From Cyanophyceae cyanobacterium (lineage in GTDB: Bacteria; Cyanobacteriota; Cyanobacteriia; Cyanobacteriales; Laspinemataceae), in NCBI GenBank assembly GCA_038321985.1, contig JBBQFN010000002.1, positions 192,001-256,000 on the forward strand: a stretch of DNA of 64,000 nt. Direction: 5' to 3'. The notes below the pieces were generated by a model, which was given only the letters and a program-made list of their open reading frames with translations, did no database searches and was not told where the DNA came from. A program made the position numbers and the translations under genes. Positions 63,509 through 64,000 of the stretch are shown piece after piece. How positions within the stretch are numbered: the stretch's first letter is position 1; each line of letters begins with the position of its first letter.

Positions 63509-64000
63509 ATGTTTTGGCCCGACGGACACACCCTGCAAAACGGTAAACTGGTGATTGAGCAGGTTCTCGGTCAAGGTGGATTCGGCATTACCTACAAAGC
63601 CATCCATCGCGGGTTTAACGCGCCAGTGGTGATTAAAACGCCGAACGCTTTTCTCCGGAAGGACCCCGAATATCCGAAATATGTGCAGCGTTTCATCCGA
63701 GAAGCCCGAACATTGGCTCAACTGGAACAGAATCCTCACCCCAATATTGTCCGGGTTAAGGATTTATTTGAGGAAAAAGGTGCCCATTGTTTGGTGATGG
63801 AGTTTATCGATGGAACGACCTTATCTGACTATGTAAAGCAACGCGGCCCCTTATCTGAAGCAGAGGCCCTGAGCTATATTCGCCCGATCTCCGATGCTTT
63901 GGTTCGAGTGCATGAGGTGGGTTTGGTACATCGAGATGTCACCCCGATGAATATTATGCTGCGGGATAATGGGCAGCCGGTTTTGATTGATTTTGGCATT
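63509..64000 (+). CDS. Ser/Thr protein kinase (3' end outside window; absent from the ORF track)
   Basis: MFWPDGHTLQNGK..LGQGGFGITYKA, VVIK, RFIREA, HPNIVRV, HRDVTPMN, LIDFGI. Confidence 0.93.
   Translation, partial: MFWPDGHTLQNGKLVIEQVLGQGGFGITYKAIHRGFNAPVVIKTPNAFLRKDPEYPKYVQRFIREARTLAQLEQNPHPNIVRVKDLFEEKGAHCLVMEFIDGTTLSDYVKQRGPLSEAEALSYIRPISDALVRVHEVGLVHRDVTPMNIMLRDNGQPVLIDFGI

Noticed and set aside
63326..63739. 137-aa minus-strand ORF
   Set aside because: It is the antisense shadow of the Ser/Thr kinase starting at 63509.

Overview
Chromosomal window from a cyanobacterium. The HIP1 octamer GCGATCGC recurs throughout, and por, crr6-like, furC-like, DUF1816, DUF928 and DUF3685 genes are present; a filamentous Oscillatoriales-type genome is an inference. 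It holds about 38 CDS: housekeeping genes (serA, prmA, thioredoxin, dacB, hspA, HtrA/HhoA protease, por, acnB, lnt, gyrA), many signalling genes (8-PAS/GAF histidine kinase with a receiver partner, CHASE2 cyclase with DUF928, LOV-GGDEF-EAL protein, Ser/Thr kinase) and a more accessory right end (orphan DUF262, HD hydrolase, truncated STAND NTPase, Uma2, DUF433/DUF5615 TA pair with a frameshifted toxin). I saw no rRNA, tRNA, CRISPR array or transposase. The best candidates for undescribed biology are: (i) a por variant followed by an HTH-NB-ARC protein with no repeat sensor domain; (ii) a CHASE2 cyclase / CRP-box promoter / DUF928 / TPR locus; (iii) an intact nucleotidyltransferase-fold ORF whose catalytic residues all appear replaced; (iv) a membrane protein with 16 Tyr-periodic repeats. 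All family calls come from motif recognition by eye; no database searches were run.
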